DNA of 64,000 bases from assembly GCF_009914755.1 (NCBI RefSeq), contig NC_060925.1. The stretch is one strand, 5' to 3'. Within the stretch, counting starts at the first letter, position 1, and every line of letters begins with the position of its first letter. The position numbers and the translations under genes were made by a program. The DNA is from the human T2T-CHM13v2.0 reference genome, Homo sapiens. Under the pieces are notes generated by a model, which saw nothing but the letters and a program-made list of their open reading frames with translations, had not been told where the DNA came from and made no database searches. This document shows positions 45,307-63,120 of this stretch, piece by piece.

Positions 45307-45710
45307 GTAAGCATTTCCTTTGCGTAGACACTTAGAGTGGGTGGTTGGAAGGGAACATCCATTTTCTCTGAAATGAACCCCCTTATTGTTTACACTGCCT
45401 AAATTGCCATCCCACATCCCATTTCTCACGCTGGAGTGAACATGTTTGGGTGAGACTACAGAAAAATCCCTGGGAGTCAATGGAGGGTTGGAGGTAAGGG
45501 CCTGTAAGAATCTATGGCCAGGAAATACCCTCCCAATTAGCATGTAAAAGCAATGTCTCTAAGGAGGGAAAGTAGAAAGTAACCCAAAGTAGAATTGGGC
45601 TTATCAGAAGTAAATTACTCACTTTCTAGAAACAAGCATAGTGTATTAGAATAAGACCCACACAAGGCGAGACACCAGCACTACCACTAGAGCAAACTAC
45701 AAAATCCCTA

Positions 45711-46377
<667 letters not shown>

Positions 46378-46502
46378 TGTTATTTCCCCTATGAGCTCCA
46401 GGTATATAATGTGAAGGCTTTGTAAATGAGTTCTTTCTCCCTAAGTTCTCTGCCTTGTCAAGGCATCTTACTCAATAGTGCTGTGTATATTTCTTCTCCC
46501 AG

Positions 46503-46744
46503 CCTCCAGAGAAGGAGGGAGGCCTGCCTCGGCAGGTGGGCAACAAGACCGAGTGTGCTCTGCTAGGCTTTGTCACAGATCTGAAGCAGGATTATCAGGC
46601 TGTGCGTAATGAAGTGCCCGAGGAGAAGCTCTACAAGGTGTACACCTTTAACTCAGTGCGCAAGTCAATGAGCACCGTCATCAGGAATCCCAACGGTGGC
46701 TTCCGTATGTACAGCAAGGGCGCCTCTGAGATCATCTTGCGCAA
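46503..46744 (+). CDS. ATP2B4: PMCA4 exon 11 (c.1558-1799; N-domain, KGASE)
   Basis: tcccag|CCT; [10 protein letters not shown]...FNSVRKSMS...[10 protein letters not shown]; donor CAA|gtgagc. Confidence 0.97.
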
Positions 46745-46879
46745 GTGAGCACCCCCGACCACTCTGCTTCCCTTCAAGATCCTCTCCTCAGGAAGGCATG
46801 GGTGCACACCCCACACTGAACCCATGTGAATGAGGGAGCCCTCCAGCCAGGTGGTGACATAATAACTAATATCCAAGCG

Positions 46880-47200
46880 TCTACTCAGGCCACGCATGTT
46901 TTTTAAGTGCTTAAGGTGGCTTGTTGTATTTAATCCTCACAACTCAGTAAGGTGGGTACTATGATTATCCCTGTTTTACAGATGAGAAAACAGAGATATA
47001 AGGAAGTTAAGTATCTCACTCAAGGTGATACAGCTAATAGTGGCACAGCCAGGATTCAGACCTGGACGATCCTAAGTTTCCATTTCCTAATCTGAAAACA
47101 GAGATAGCCATACTCAGCTCCTAAAAGTACTACCCCCTCACTGTAACTAAATGATTCAATGTATGTAAAATGCCTTATACATAACAAGTACTAGAAACGT
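46880..47200. mobile_element. MIR fragments
   Basis: taatcctcacaac...ttttacagatgagaaaacagag...ggattcagacc is the MIR core. Confidence 0.65.
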
Positions 47201-47287
47201 TTGTTCTGTGTTCTCTTTTCCTTCTCTTTCCTTCCCATTCCCATTTCTGATTACAGGGAATTTACATAACTTTAAAAGTGACTATTC

Positions 47288-47598
<311 letters not shown>

Positions 47599-48078
47599 TT
47601 ACCCATAGTTCATCAAAAGTTGGCACTATACCTAAGTAGGGCTGAATTAACCAGTGCTCCAACATGGCTTTAGCCACCTTCTTTTAATCAGCACATTCTT
47701 GTATAGGAAACCTCCCCCAAACCACCAGCACCACACAGTGAGCACTATTCTAAATACTCGGATTGAAAAAGTCTCTCTGCCTTCAAGAAGTTCAAAAGAG
47801 CAGGTGATTCACAAATGACTTGCATTGCATTCACATATGGGTAAGAACAGATGACATGGGAGAATCCCACTCTCTATATATCTAGACCTTAACTCCATCC
47901 ACAGCCCACCTACCTTGGAAAGAGGGACTCAGCTGGGTGATGAATGAAGGAAATGTTTGGCCACACTTGGAGCAATGTCTTTAGGAATAATACAGAGTTG
48001 CCAAAATACCTGTCAATGATTGTAGAAACGTATTGAGTGGGAAGGGAGACACCGCGTTCTTACTGTGCGCCTCCCCAG

Positions 48079-48310
48079 GTGTAATCGAATCCTGGACCGG
48101 AAAGGGGAAGCAGTGCCATTCAAGAATAAAGACAGAGATGATATGGTACGCACTGTCATCGAGCCCATGGCCTGTGATGGACTCCGGACTATCTGCATAG
48201 CTTACCGGGACTTCGATGACACAGAGCCCTCTTGGGACAATGAGAATGAGATCCTCACCGAACTGACCTGTATCGCGGTGGTGGGCATTGAGGACCCTGT
48301 GCGCCCAGAG
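48079..48310 (+). CDS. ATP2B4: PMCA4 exon 12 (c.1800-2031)
   Basis: ccccag|G; [10 protein letters not shown]...[11 protein letters not shown]; donor GAG|gtgaga. Confidence 0.97.
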
Positions 48311-49161
48311 GTGAGAGGGTGGGAAGCCACCCAGGAGTCTCAGGAAGTGGGGTACTAGTTCCCTTTCTAGTTGTGACCCCAGGCAGGTAACCTAACTGCC
48401 TCTCACTTAGAGGGATAGAAGTTTCTGTGCTTCCTGCTTCACAGGACTGCTGTGGAGTGCCAGTATGATCGAATGTGGCATTCCTAGGACTAATGCTGTC
48501 TGAGTGTTGAGAAGCAAAGGGCTTATTGGGCTCATTATTTGGTACTTAAGTGTTGTCAGGAGGTCAATTTAGCCAGGACACCAACTTTGTCTTTAGCTCC
48601 CTCCTTTCAATCAACACATTCTTTTTGAGTACCTGCTGTGTGCTGATAACTATTCTAGACACTAGGGGATTGAAAAGTCTCTGCTTCTAAGAAGTTTAGA
48701 CAGATGGACTATTAATTCTCAAGGCCCAGAGGCATGAGAGGGTGTCATGCATGTGGGAAATTACAAAGAGCTGATATGGTTGGAACATGGGCCAGGTGGG
48801 TGGAGAGTGGCAAAAGCTTCTGCTAGAAAAGAAAGCACTGGCCAAATCGCAAAATGCCATTCATGCCCTGCCGAGAAGTCTCAATTGTAAGTGAAAGAGC
48901 AAGTTTTTACACCTCACTCCCAAAGCAAATTTCCCCTTCAACTCATGGTACAATAGGGCAAATTCAAATGTGACTGCCGTGGGTAGGACAGAAGTGAGGT
49001 GGCACCCAACAGTATCAAAATGACCAGACCTAGCCCATGCTGCATGGCACCACTTCTAGGGTGCCTTTCTCCTGTCTGCCACAAAGGGACAGACAAACAG
49101 GGACAGCTTACCAGGGTCATCACCCTCATCTGCGCCTTTCCCCTTTCTTCACTCTCCATAG

Positions 49162-49341
49162 GTGCCAGATGCTATTGCCAAATGCAAACAAGCTGGCATT
49201 ACTGTCAGAATGGTGACAGGTGACAACATCAACACAGCCCGGGCCATTGCCACCAAATGTGGCATTCTGACACCTGGGGATGACTTCCTGTGCTTAGAAG
49301 GCAAAGAATTCAACCGGCTCATCCGCAACGAGAAAGGCGAG
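49162..49341 (+). CDS. ATP2B4: PMCA4 exon 13 (c.2032-2211; TGDN)
   Basis: ccatag|GTG; [20 protein letters not shown]; donor GAG|gtgggt. Confidence 0.97.
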
Positions 49342-49511
49342 GTGGGTCCTGGCTAGGGGGAACCAGGACCTCACCTGACAAGGAAAAGGCGGGTTCTAGC
49401 ATAAGGCATCTGGGTCATGTGCGGGAAGGTGGGTGGTTTCTAAAGTGAAAGCTATTCGTAGTGAAACATCTCCTTGTACCAAACTGCTGATATGGTAACA
49501 TTGGGAGTTGC

Positions 49512-49857
<346 letters not shown>

Positions 49858-50366
49858 CTATCTTTTGAGACAGTGTCACTAACTTTTCTTGTCTTTCTGC
49901 TTTTTCAGTTTTTTATACTGACTTCCCCCTAGCCCACCCCTCCTGTGTCCCTGCCCTTTGGCTAACAGTGGCTAAAGGAGAATGTGGTCTGGCGGTGGCA
50001 CAGATCCAAGCTTTCCTGAGCTACATAGAAATCAAACCTAAGACCTCAGAAGCACCACTTTACCCACCCGAGCCAACAGCCAACCCTGGCCCACCTCCCA
50101 TTAAAGGTCTGGGAAATGGGGGATTGGCTGCCAGGTAGGGACTTGGGAGGAAAAAGAAAAAAAGCAGGGCCTGAATGGTCATCATCCATGAATCTACCCT
50201 TGGAGACTGGTTGGCTGTTTCATCTCTGCTTAATCCAGAATAACACTTTCATGTGGGACTGTGGTGTACCCAATCTCCCAGTGACTCCAAGTGTATGGAG
50301 AAGTTAAGATTTTCCTGGATAGCTTTTCTGCATTTGACTGATCCAGGTGTGGTCTGGTGTTGGCAG

Positions 50367-50454
50367 GTAGAGCAAGAAAAGCTGGACAAGATCTGGCCTA
50401 AGCTTCGGGTCCTGGCGCGATCTTCTCCCACTGACAAGCACACCCTGGTGAAAG
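50367..50454 (+). CDS. ATP2B4: PMCA4 exon 14 (c.2212-2299)
   Basis: tggcag|GTA; [20 protein letters not shown]; donor AAG|gtgagg. Confidence 0.96.
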
Positions 50455-50640
50455 GTGAGGTTGGCTTCCAAATAGGTGCCTGCAACAGCTGAAGGCAGGC
50501 CAGGGCGAGGACAGATAAGAACCACCAGCCAAAGCCACTCTCCTGTCCAAATAGGGAGGTCCTAGGAGAGCTCCCAGGCTAGTGGGGAGAACATACAGTT
50601 AGCAAACATCTGAGCCCTTGGTGAGTATGACACACAATAA

Positions 50641-50988
<348 letters not shown>

Positions 50989-51296
50989 TGATCATGTCTT
51001 ATTTACCAATAGTACTGTGAACTAGGCAGGGCAGGTATTCCCATTTTACAAATGAGGAAGTTTGAGGCTGAGAAGACAAGTAACTTACCCAAATTACCCA
51101 GCTGGTACGTGGAAATGGTGCAGTTTGACCCCTAGGTCTCTGCCTTGAAATCCATCCTATGTGTTCTTCATAGCTGTCTTAGGGTACCGGATGAGGACAA
51201 ACTTAGTTCAGTGCTACTCATGAAACAACTTACTGCCCTTAGGTGGTTCCTGTAGAACTTCTAGGAAAGGGAAAAGGGAAGGAAAGAAGAAAGTAG

Positions 51297-51668
<372 letters not shown>

Positions 51669-52328
51669 TAGATAAGAGGGAGGGAAGTCATGAAGAATCA
51701 TATGCAGGAAAGCCAGACCAACATAAACTTGCCTATAAACATGTGAGGTTGTCAACTAGGCAAACTCTAGAAGATTTGTGTTCCCTATGGTAGGCGCTCT
51801 GTGTGGCTGGCACCATTGGGTATTCCGCTTTTCACTTCTGAGGCCAAGAGCATCAGAATCACTTGGAAAGTTCATGTGAAATCACATGTTCCAAGGCTCC
51901 ACAGTTAGACGTCTTAATTCAGTAGGTCTGGGATGAATACCAGAATTTTTTTTTAACAGGCACACCAGTTAATTCTGATGTTCAGAAAGGTTTAGAAGCC
52001 CCCCAGATTCTATCCTCACACTCAAGTAGTTTATGATTATAAGCCTCCCATACAGATTGAACTGTTGGTGATTTTTAGCAGTGGAAGGACATTTAAGAAG
52101 TCATCTATCTTTAGAGAACTCTTTTTTTTAAGGGTTTTATTCTAGGAAATTTCAAGAATATGCAAAAATAGGGAGAATTGACAGGTACCTGTCACTCAGC
52201 TTCAACTATGATCAACACATGGCCAATCTTGTTTCAGTGATTCCCCCCCATTTACATCCCCAGTCTTCAGCTGAATTGTTTTTGAAGCAAATGCAAGGCA
52301 TCATGTAATTTCATCCTTAAAAATTTCA

Positions 52329-52810
<482 letters not shown>

Positions 52811-53099
52811 TCATTATATGCCTCTAAATAATAATTATATATCAATAATCTATATATCTAAAAGAATCTTAATACCATTATCTCAGAACAAAATCGATGC
52901 TTCCTTACTATCATGAAATTTCTAGTTTGTTCACATTTTCCTAACTGACTCAAATGTTTTTATAGTTTATTTGCCCAAATCAGGATTCAGATAAGATCCA
53001 TAACTTGCAGTTATTTGATACATCTGTTAAGTCTCTTAACCTATCTCTTGGAGTGCGCCTCCTTCCAGCTGTACCAGTAGCTGTACTAGCTGTATAGTA

Positions 53100-53280
53100 G
53101 GTTTCTATACAAACCCATAGAATGCAGATTCACCCACTCAGGCCCCACCCCAGATTTACTGAATTGGAAAGCCGGGAACTGGGGCCCAGAAATCTTAATT
53201 AATTATGTTAAATCTGTTAAATGTGTTTTGACAGGCTCTCTCAGTGATTCTATGTACCCTAAACTTTAAGAATCACTGAT
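53100..53280. mobile_element. MER5A-like fragment
   Basis: gaatgcagattc...ggccccaccccagatttactgaat...tttaagaatcactg. Confidence 0.65.
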
Positions 53281-53295
53281 CTTATAGGATCTCTA

Positions 53296-53853
53296 TGTTG
53301 GGAGTCCCCAAAAACACCCCTATATTCATGGGGTTGCTAGGAGGACTCATGGGACTTGGCATATAGTTGTACTCATGACTAAGATTCATAACAGTGATGT
53401 AGTAAGAATACAGTTGGATCATAAAAGAAAAAGACAATGGCAGAATCTGGATAAATCTATTTGCAGTCTTTCTTATGCTCTCCCTCCCATGAGGAGTCAA
53501 ACAGAGTCCATTCTTTCCCCACTAATGAAAACACAGAAATATATGTGTGATGTTCTGCCTAGGGAAGCCCATCATGGACTTAGTACCCAAGGTTTTTCTT
53601 GAGGCTGGTCACATAGGCACCTTCTGCCTAGCACATACCAAAATTCCAGACTCCCAAAAGGAAAGCAAATGTTCAATGTAAACCACATTGTTCGGACACA
53701 GTCTAGACACAATGAGCCACCTTTATCAGTTAGTTGTTGAGGGCAAGCATTCTGAGAGCCCATTTCCCAGAAGCCAGCCAAGGGCCCACCCTGCAAGCAT
53801 TCCTTCCTAAGGACAGTCGTCTCAGGCCTGCTGTGTTAACTCTCTTTTGCACA
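53296..53853 (-). mobile_element. MER21-family solo LTR (ERV)
   Basis: Minus strand begins TGTGCAAAAGAGAGTTAACACAGCAGGCCTGAG and ends ...GGGACTCCCAACA, like the MER21 consensus as I recall it. Confidence 0.7.
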
Positions 53854-54120
53854 ATCCCCCTCCATCTTTTTTCCTAGCAACTTAGTTTTGAAGGAAGTGG
53901 GTTGTTTGTCTGCAGAGACTATCCCTCAGTATAGATTTTGTTGATTATTTCACTGTGATTTCCTTTAACGTATTATTTTCTTCCTTATATTTCCTATAAG
54001 CAAGTAGTTGGTTCTAGAAGTTATCAGATTCTAGACCCTTTCTTTCATTGAGGGCTGCAAAATGACAATATTGTAATTCTTTATTTATTAACTTAAATAC
54101 TTACATAAAAAGAGATTCCC

Positions 54121-54428
<308 letters not shown>

Positions 54429-54811
54429 CTATTTGATTACTCTGAGGTTCCAATCCTACCTGAAAGGTAGGTTTTTGGTTTGTTTTTTAATTACTGGTTT
54501 TTTTTAAAATGATGAGTTGACTTTTTAGGAACCTCCAAAGGTGACCAATGAGTGGATTTTTTTTTAAGTATCATTACGAATTCATAGATTTAAGTATATT
54601 TGATGTGTTTCAATCCACTGCTCTTAGTATGGTTTTGATGCTCAAAGTGATCCACCATTAGGCAGAAGAGGCCTCTTCAACATTGCTGAGTCCTTTAGAT
54701 ACAACCCCAGTTGTTTTTAATAGCTTTCTTGGTTTATTCTTGGTTTTTTCGTTCTTTTTTATCCTGGATAGGAGATAGTCCATTTCTCCAAGGATTCCTG
54801 CTTCATTTTAA

Positions 54812-55145
<334 letters not shown>

Positions 55146-55467
55146 TGAAACGGCCTCCCAACACTTTGGGAGGCCAAGGGGGAAGGAGCACTAGAGAACA
55201 CAATTGGAACTCAAAGGTGTTCCTTGCTACTGAGTAGATCTTTGTTTCTAAGCCTTTTCAGTGGACAAAGCTAAGAAGTATGCTCTTAAGTCTCACTTGC
55301 TTTTGTGTTTGTTTTGTGTTTGCTCACAAAGAGAAAATACTTCGTGAATTCATATTTCTGTTTTTCATTTACTTTTAGAATTACATATTTTTTATTCCAC
55401 TTTTAGAAGAAATAATAATTTTTTAAAGAATTATAGATGTCTAACTTCCTGATTTATAACTTTCTAA

Positions 55468-55800
<333 letters not shown>

Positions 55801-56141
55801 TTCTAATTGTATTTAACTTCCCTGATTTTATGTTTGTATCCCTTAAGCTGAAAATTTTGATTCCTAATTGCATTAACATGATTATTTTTTGTTTTATTCT
55901 AAAATATTTCAAGTAGTTACAAAATATCAATAATATTAATAATACAGTTACTCTGCCAAAAACAATTAAATATTTTTCTCATAGTTCCTTTTATCCATAG
56001 GTATATGCTACCAGGAATGTGCCATCAAATTATTGTTTTTAAGTCATTTGTAACATTTGTCTGTGTGTGTGCAGTTGTGCTACCAAGTGGCTACCAGATC
56101 ATTTATATCATGTTACTTTCCGTTTTGGAGATTGCTTTTTA

Positions 56142-56956
<815 letters not shown>

Positions 56957-57077
56957 TGTAATATATTCATGGCCTGCCCCCTTAGATAAGTGATACCATA
57001 CCATCAACTCATTTTTCTACCTTTCTTTCTTCACTTACCAACATAACTTAGAGATTATTTCATAATAGTAATTATAA

Positions 57078-57273
57078 AGCTGGGCGATATAGAGAGACCC
57101 CCATGTCTACAAAAAATTTAAAAATTAACCAAGCAGGGTGAGCAAATGCCTGTAGTCCCGTTACTCAGGAGGCCAAGGTGGGAGGATCATTGGAGCCCCA
57201 GATGTGGAGCTTGCATTTAGCTGAGATCCTGCCACTGCACTCCAGCCTGGACAAAGCAAGACCTTGTCTCAAA
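57078..57273 (+). mobile_element. 5'-truncated old Alu
   Basis: Partial left arm plus right arm. Confidence 0.75.
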
Positions 57274-57501
57274 TTTTTTTTTAATTTAACTTAAAAGGAA
57301 AATTTTGAACAAAGATGAAATTTTGGAACTGTGCTGCCATACTACTACTCCTAGAACAAATGCAGAGTTTCTCAAAGGTGTCGGAATAACATGGGCTTAA
57401 GTGAGATACTGGCAGTGGCAACAGAAATGTGAGAATTTGGAGGTAGAATAGACAGGATTTGCTCTCTACCTTTTAATTAGTTTCCAAGGTTGAGGGAGTA
57501 G

Positions 57502-57963
<462 letters not shown>

Positions 57964-58099
57964 TGAGACGGGAGGGATGAGTCAGGGGCTAAGGAACATG
58001 GAGTGAAGACTACGGTGTGTTTACTGAAGAGTAAAGACAGCGTTTCCCCATGACATTGGGACAGGAGTTAGCTCTTCTAAGTCTGCTGTCTTCATCTGC

Positions 58100-58312
58100 T
58101 TATGTAGATGGTAACTTACAGGCCTTAGCTTAGCACTTATGTGTCAGCCACTGTAATAAGCATTTATATGCACTATCTGTATTCTTCAAAAATGACCTTG
58201 TGAAGTAGGTATTATTATCCCCATTTTATGGGTGAGGAACTTGAGGCTCAAGGAAGTTAAGTAGCTTTCTCACAGTCACTCAGCTAGGAAGTGGCCAGAT
58301 TCCAAGTCTAGG
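58100..58312. mobile_element. MIR
   Basis: gtaggtattattatccccattttatgggtgaggaacttgaggctcaagg is the MIR core. Confidence 0.7.
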
Positions 58313-58398
58313 TGGGTCGTGGGAGCTGGGCCATCGACAGGGCAAAGGTGGGCTGGTTTCAGAGAAAAGCTAAAAGGACTGGTTCTTCTCCCCGCCAG

Positions 58399-58612
58399 GA
58401 TTCCCCATTGAAAGCTGTGCAGATGTTGTGGGTTAATCTGATCATGGACACTTTTGCTTCATTGGCCCTGGCCACAGAGCCCCCTACGGAATCTCTGTTG
58501 AAGCGGCGCCCCTATGGCCGAAATAAGCCTCTGATCTCACGCACTATGATGAAGAACATCTTGGGCCATGCATTCTATCAGCTCATTGTCATCTTTATCC
58601 TTGTCTTTGCGG
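58399..58612 (+). CDS. ATP2B4: PMCA4 exon 17 (c.2599-2812; TM6-TM7)
   Basis: cgccag|GAT; [22 protein letters not shown]; donor CGG|gtgagc. Confidence 0.97.
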
Positions 58613-58793
58613 GTGAGCCACTTTGGGGGTGGGTAGCAGCTGGGGTCCTGGTTGGAGGTGGGGGCAGAGAAAGAAGGTAGCGTGAGAGCAAGTGCACAGG
58701 TCAGGAATAAGCGCAGCTTCACCTCCCAGTGCTTGCTGTGCTCCCGCTACACGGTGCATTATGCTACTATATGTACTCATACAGTACTCTTGA

Positions 58794-59161
<368 letters not shown>

Positions 59162-59375
59162 TTATTTCTTTTTTTACAGATTCAAAAAATTAACCTCAGG
59201 TCCCATAATGAGTACATAGTTGCAGTAAAATTCAAACCTATGATTGCCTGACTCCAGCGCACATAGTCTTACTACCATGCTGCACTACATGAGAGCAAGT
59301 ATCAATGCAGCAAACTGAGAGAGAAGGTAAAATAAGTCAAGACCAGAACTAACATTTAAAATGTTTAATAACTAG

Positions 59376-59545
59376 TACAACAAAAAATTAGCCAGGCATG
59401 GTGGTGCACGCCTGTAGTCCCAGCTATTTGGGAGGCTGAGATGGAAGGATCACTTGAGCAGGAAGGTCCAGGCTGCAGTGAGCCATGATCATGCCACTGC
59501 GCTCCAGCCTGGGTGACAGAGTGAGACCCTGTGTCAAAAAAATAA
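59376..59545 (+). mobile_element. Alu right monomer (FRAM/J)
   Basis: TSD AATAACTAGT(A/G)CA. Confidence 0.8.
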
Positions 59546-59679
59546 ATAACTAGTGCAGCTCAGATATTGATTAATTAGAATGGACACCAGCCATAAGCAA
59601 GCAGTATATCTGTACCAACACATTCTTACTCTTAGTTCAGACCACACTTAACCTCCAGTGCTTCTCCTCTCCCCACTAG

Positions 59680-59891
59680 GTGAGAAATTCTTTGATATTG
59701 ATAGTGGGAGGAAGGCACCTCTACATTCACCACCCAGCCAGCACTATACCATTGTTTTTAACACCTTCGTGCTGATGCAGCTCTTCAATGAAATCAACTC
59801 CCGAAAGATCCATGGAGAGAAGAACGTCTTTTCAGGCATCTACCGCAACATTATCTTCTGCTCTGTAGTCTTGGGCACATTCATCTGCCAG
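59680..59891 (+). CDS. ATP2B4: PMCA4 exon 18 (c.2813-3024; TM8-TM9)
   Basis: cactag|GT; [26 protein letters not shown]; donor CAG|gtgaga. Confidence 0.97.
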
Positions 59892-60460
59892 GTGAGATTC
59901 TATCTGCAGTTGGGGCAGGAGATCTGGAATGATAAAGGGCAGAAGCTGGGAGCCAGGGTTCCCTACATACCTAGGAAAAGGAATGAAGGAATTACGGGGA
60001 CTGGAGCTGTAAGTTGAACACTTTGGGATTCCCAATCTGCTTTCTTTTGCATATTGCTCTAGAATTGGAGCCCATTGTGTCAAGAGCTCCAGTGCAGGGC
60101 AGCATGTTGACTGGAAATAAAATAATACTTCTAAAATCCTTTCATGATCTTTCTAAATACACAGAAATTTCACAGAATGACCAAAAGAAGTATTCTCTTC
60201 TAGTCCCTTTCTATGGCTCCTGTCAGCCTATATGAAATGTGCATGCACATCTAGTATAGACTCTCCCTGTCCCTGCCCTTTGTTCTGAAGGGCTTATGAT
60301 AAAAAGTGTTGTGCAACTCAAAGAAAGAGAAGTAATGGGATTTGTACATGTATATTACATAGTCAGCCCAGCTTGGACTCCTCCAATATGAGACTATGAG
60401 CTGATCATGTCCCATCCCTCAGCAGGGCACCTCCCTTTATTTGTCCCCATCCTCAATTCC

Positions 60461-60580
60461 TTTTTTTTTTTTTTTTTAATTTTAAAAATACAGATGGGGT
60501 CTCACTCTGTTGCTCAGGCTGGTCTCAAACTCCTGGCCTCAAGCAATCCTCCCGCCTCCCAAAGTGTTATTACGCCTGCC
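60461..60580 (-). mobile_element. FLAM-like Alu monomer
   Basis: Antisense left arm. Confidence 0.75.
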
Positions 60581-60617
60581 ATTTTTTCTTTTTGTTTTTT
60601 TTTTCGTTTGAGACAGA

Positions 60618-60619
<2 letters not shown>

Positions 60620-60663
<44 letters not shown>

Positions 60664-60683
60664 TGCCTCTCTCTCTCTCTCTC
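60620..60683 (+). repeat. (TC)20 plus an interrupted extension
   Basis: Direct reading. Confidence 0.95.
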
Positions 60684-61079
60684 TTTTCCCCCCTCCCCCA
60701 GGGGGAGTGCAGCCTCAGTCTCCCAGGTTCAGGCAATCCTCCCACCTCATCCTCAGTTCCTAACTCCATCACTGTACCTTCTCCTTGTCACTAACTGGCT
60801 TTAGTCACAAGAAGCCACCAGCTCCCCTAACTCCTCCAGATTGTCTGTTAATCATAGTCACAGTAACTATGTCTGTCTCCCCATCAGAGTGCTCTTAAAG
60901 GCTGTTTTTGTCTGTCTCCCCTTTGAGATTTCTTCTTTTCCCTTCCCCTGCAAGCAAATCGGGACTTGTACCCAAGGATCCTGAGGAGTGGGATGATGTG
61001 GCTTTGGGGGCCTTGGCTGGAGGGCCAGCTGCCTGTTAGTCATTTCCTTGATGGTGGGCTGCCCCTTTCTCTGTTCTAG

Positions 61080-61187
61080 ATTTTCATCGTGGAATTTGGG
61101 GGTAAACCCTTCAGTTGTACAAGCCTCAGCCTGTCTCAGTGGCTGTGGTGTCTCTTCATTGGGATTGGAGAACTTCTGTGGGGCCAG
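61080..61187 (+). CDS. ATP2B4: PMCA4 exon 19 (c.3025-3132; TM10; 108 nt)
   Basis: ttctag|ATT; [13 protein letters not shown]...[17 protein letters not shown]; donor CAG|gtgagt. Confidence 0.97.
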
Positions 61188-61434
61188 GTGAGTACCGGCA
61201 CACCCTCCTGGTGCATTCTCACAGCCTGCAGAACTCCCCTCCTCTACATGAGATGGAACAAGCAACGGTGGAGACCCCCCAGCTCCTCATCTTCATCTTC
61301 TCCTCTTCCCTCCCCACCCCCACTCAAGTTTTCAAGTTCTTGCCATCTCATAGGATCTCAAGGTGGAATGATCACTTCAGAGGTTTCAGAATTCTTCTCT
61401 AACTAAGCCTGGAGGTAGAAAAATCCCTTAGCTT

Positions 61435-61814
<380 letters not shown>

Positions 61815-62066
61815 TTAGAAGTAGAAGAGTTTACAAGACACATGTCTTTATTCTCATGAGGCAGCAACCTGGCTATGGGCTGTCGAGCTGACATAATTCA
61901 GGGTTTCCAGCCTCTTCTCTTTCTTGCCATGGCTTTATCTGGGTGGAATTCTTAACTCTTACCTGAGATAAATTCAGATTTACAAGATCTCTAGAGTAGC
62001 AGTATGGCCTGTGGTTCAGAGCATGGACTCTGGGAATGACTGCCTGGGTTTGAATCCAGCTCTCTG

Positions 62067-62647
<581 letters not shown>

Positions 62648-63077
62648 TCAGCTCTCCTTTTTATAAGCTGAATCATCTTGGGCAAGTTACATAACCAATC
62701 TGTGTCTCAGTGTCTTCAGCTTAGGAAAACAAGGTCATTGTTAATTAGTGAATCAGTTACTATACAGTAATGAATAATGTCTTATTCCTTATAAATAATC
62801 AAATTTTAAACTATTACGATTATAATAGTATCATTAAGTCTAATAGTTTCACTTCTTCCTTAATACCACTTTACAAACCTCCCTCATCCTCAGCTCTGGC
62901 CTGGGCTATACCTCTCTTTACAGACCCCAGGTCTCTGCAGATAATCCCTTAGTGTCCAGCCACCCAGGTAATGGACACTTTGCCCTAACTGGCCTCAAAG
63001 AGCCATTTCTGGAGCTGCAGGCCTTCTCCCCTAAACCTGCTAGTTATTTATTTCATACCTAGATGCCTCCCTGAATA

Positions 63078-63082
63078 ATTTC

Positions 63083-63120
<38 letters not shown>

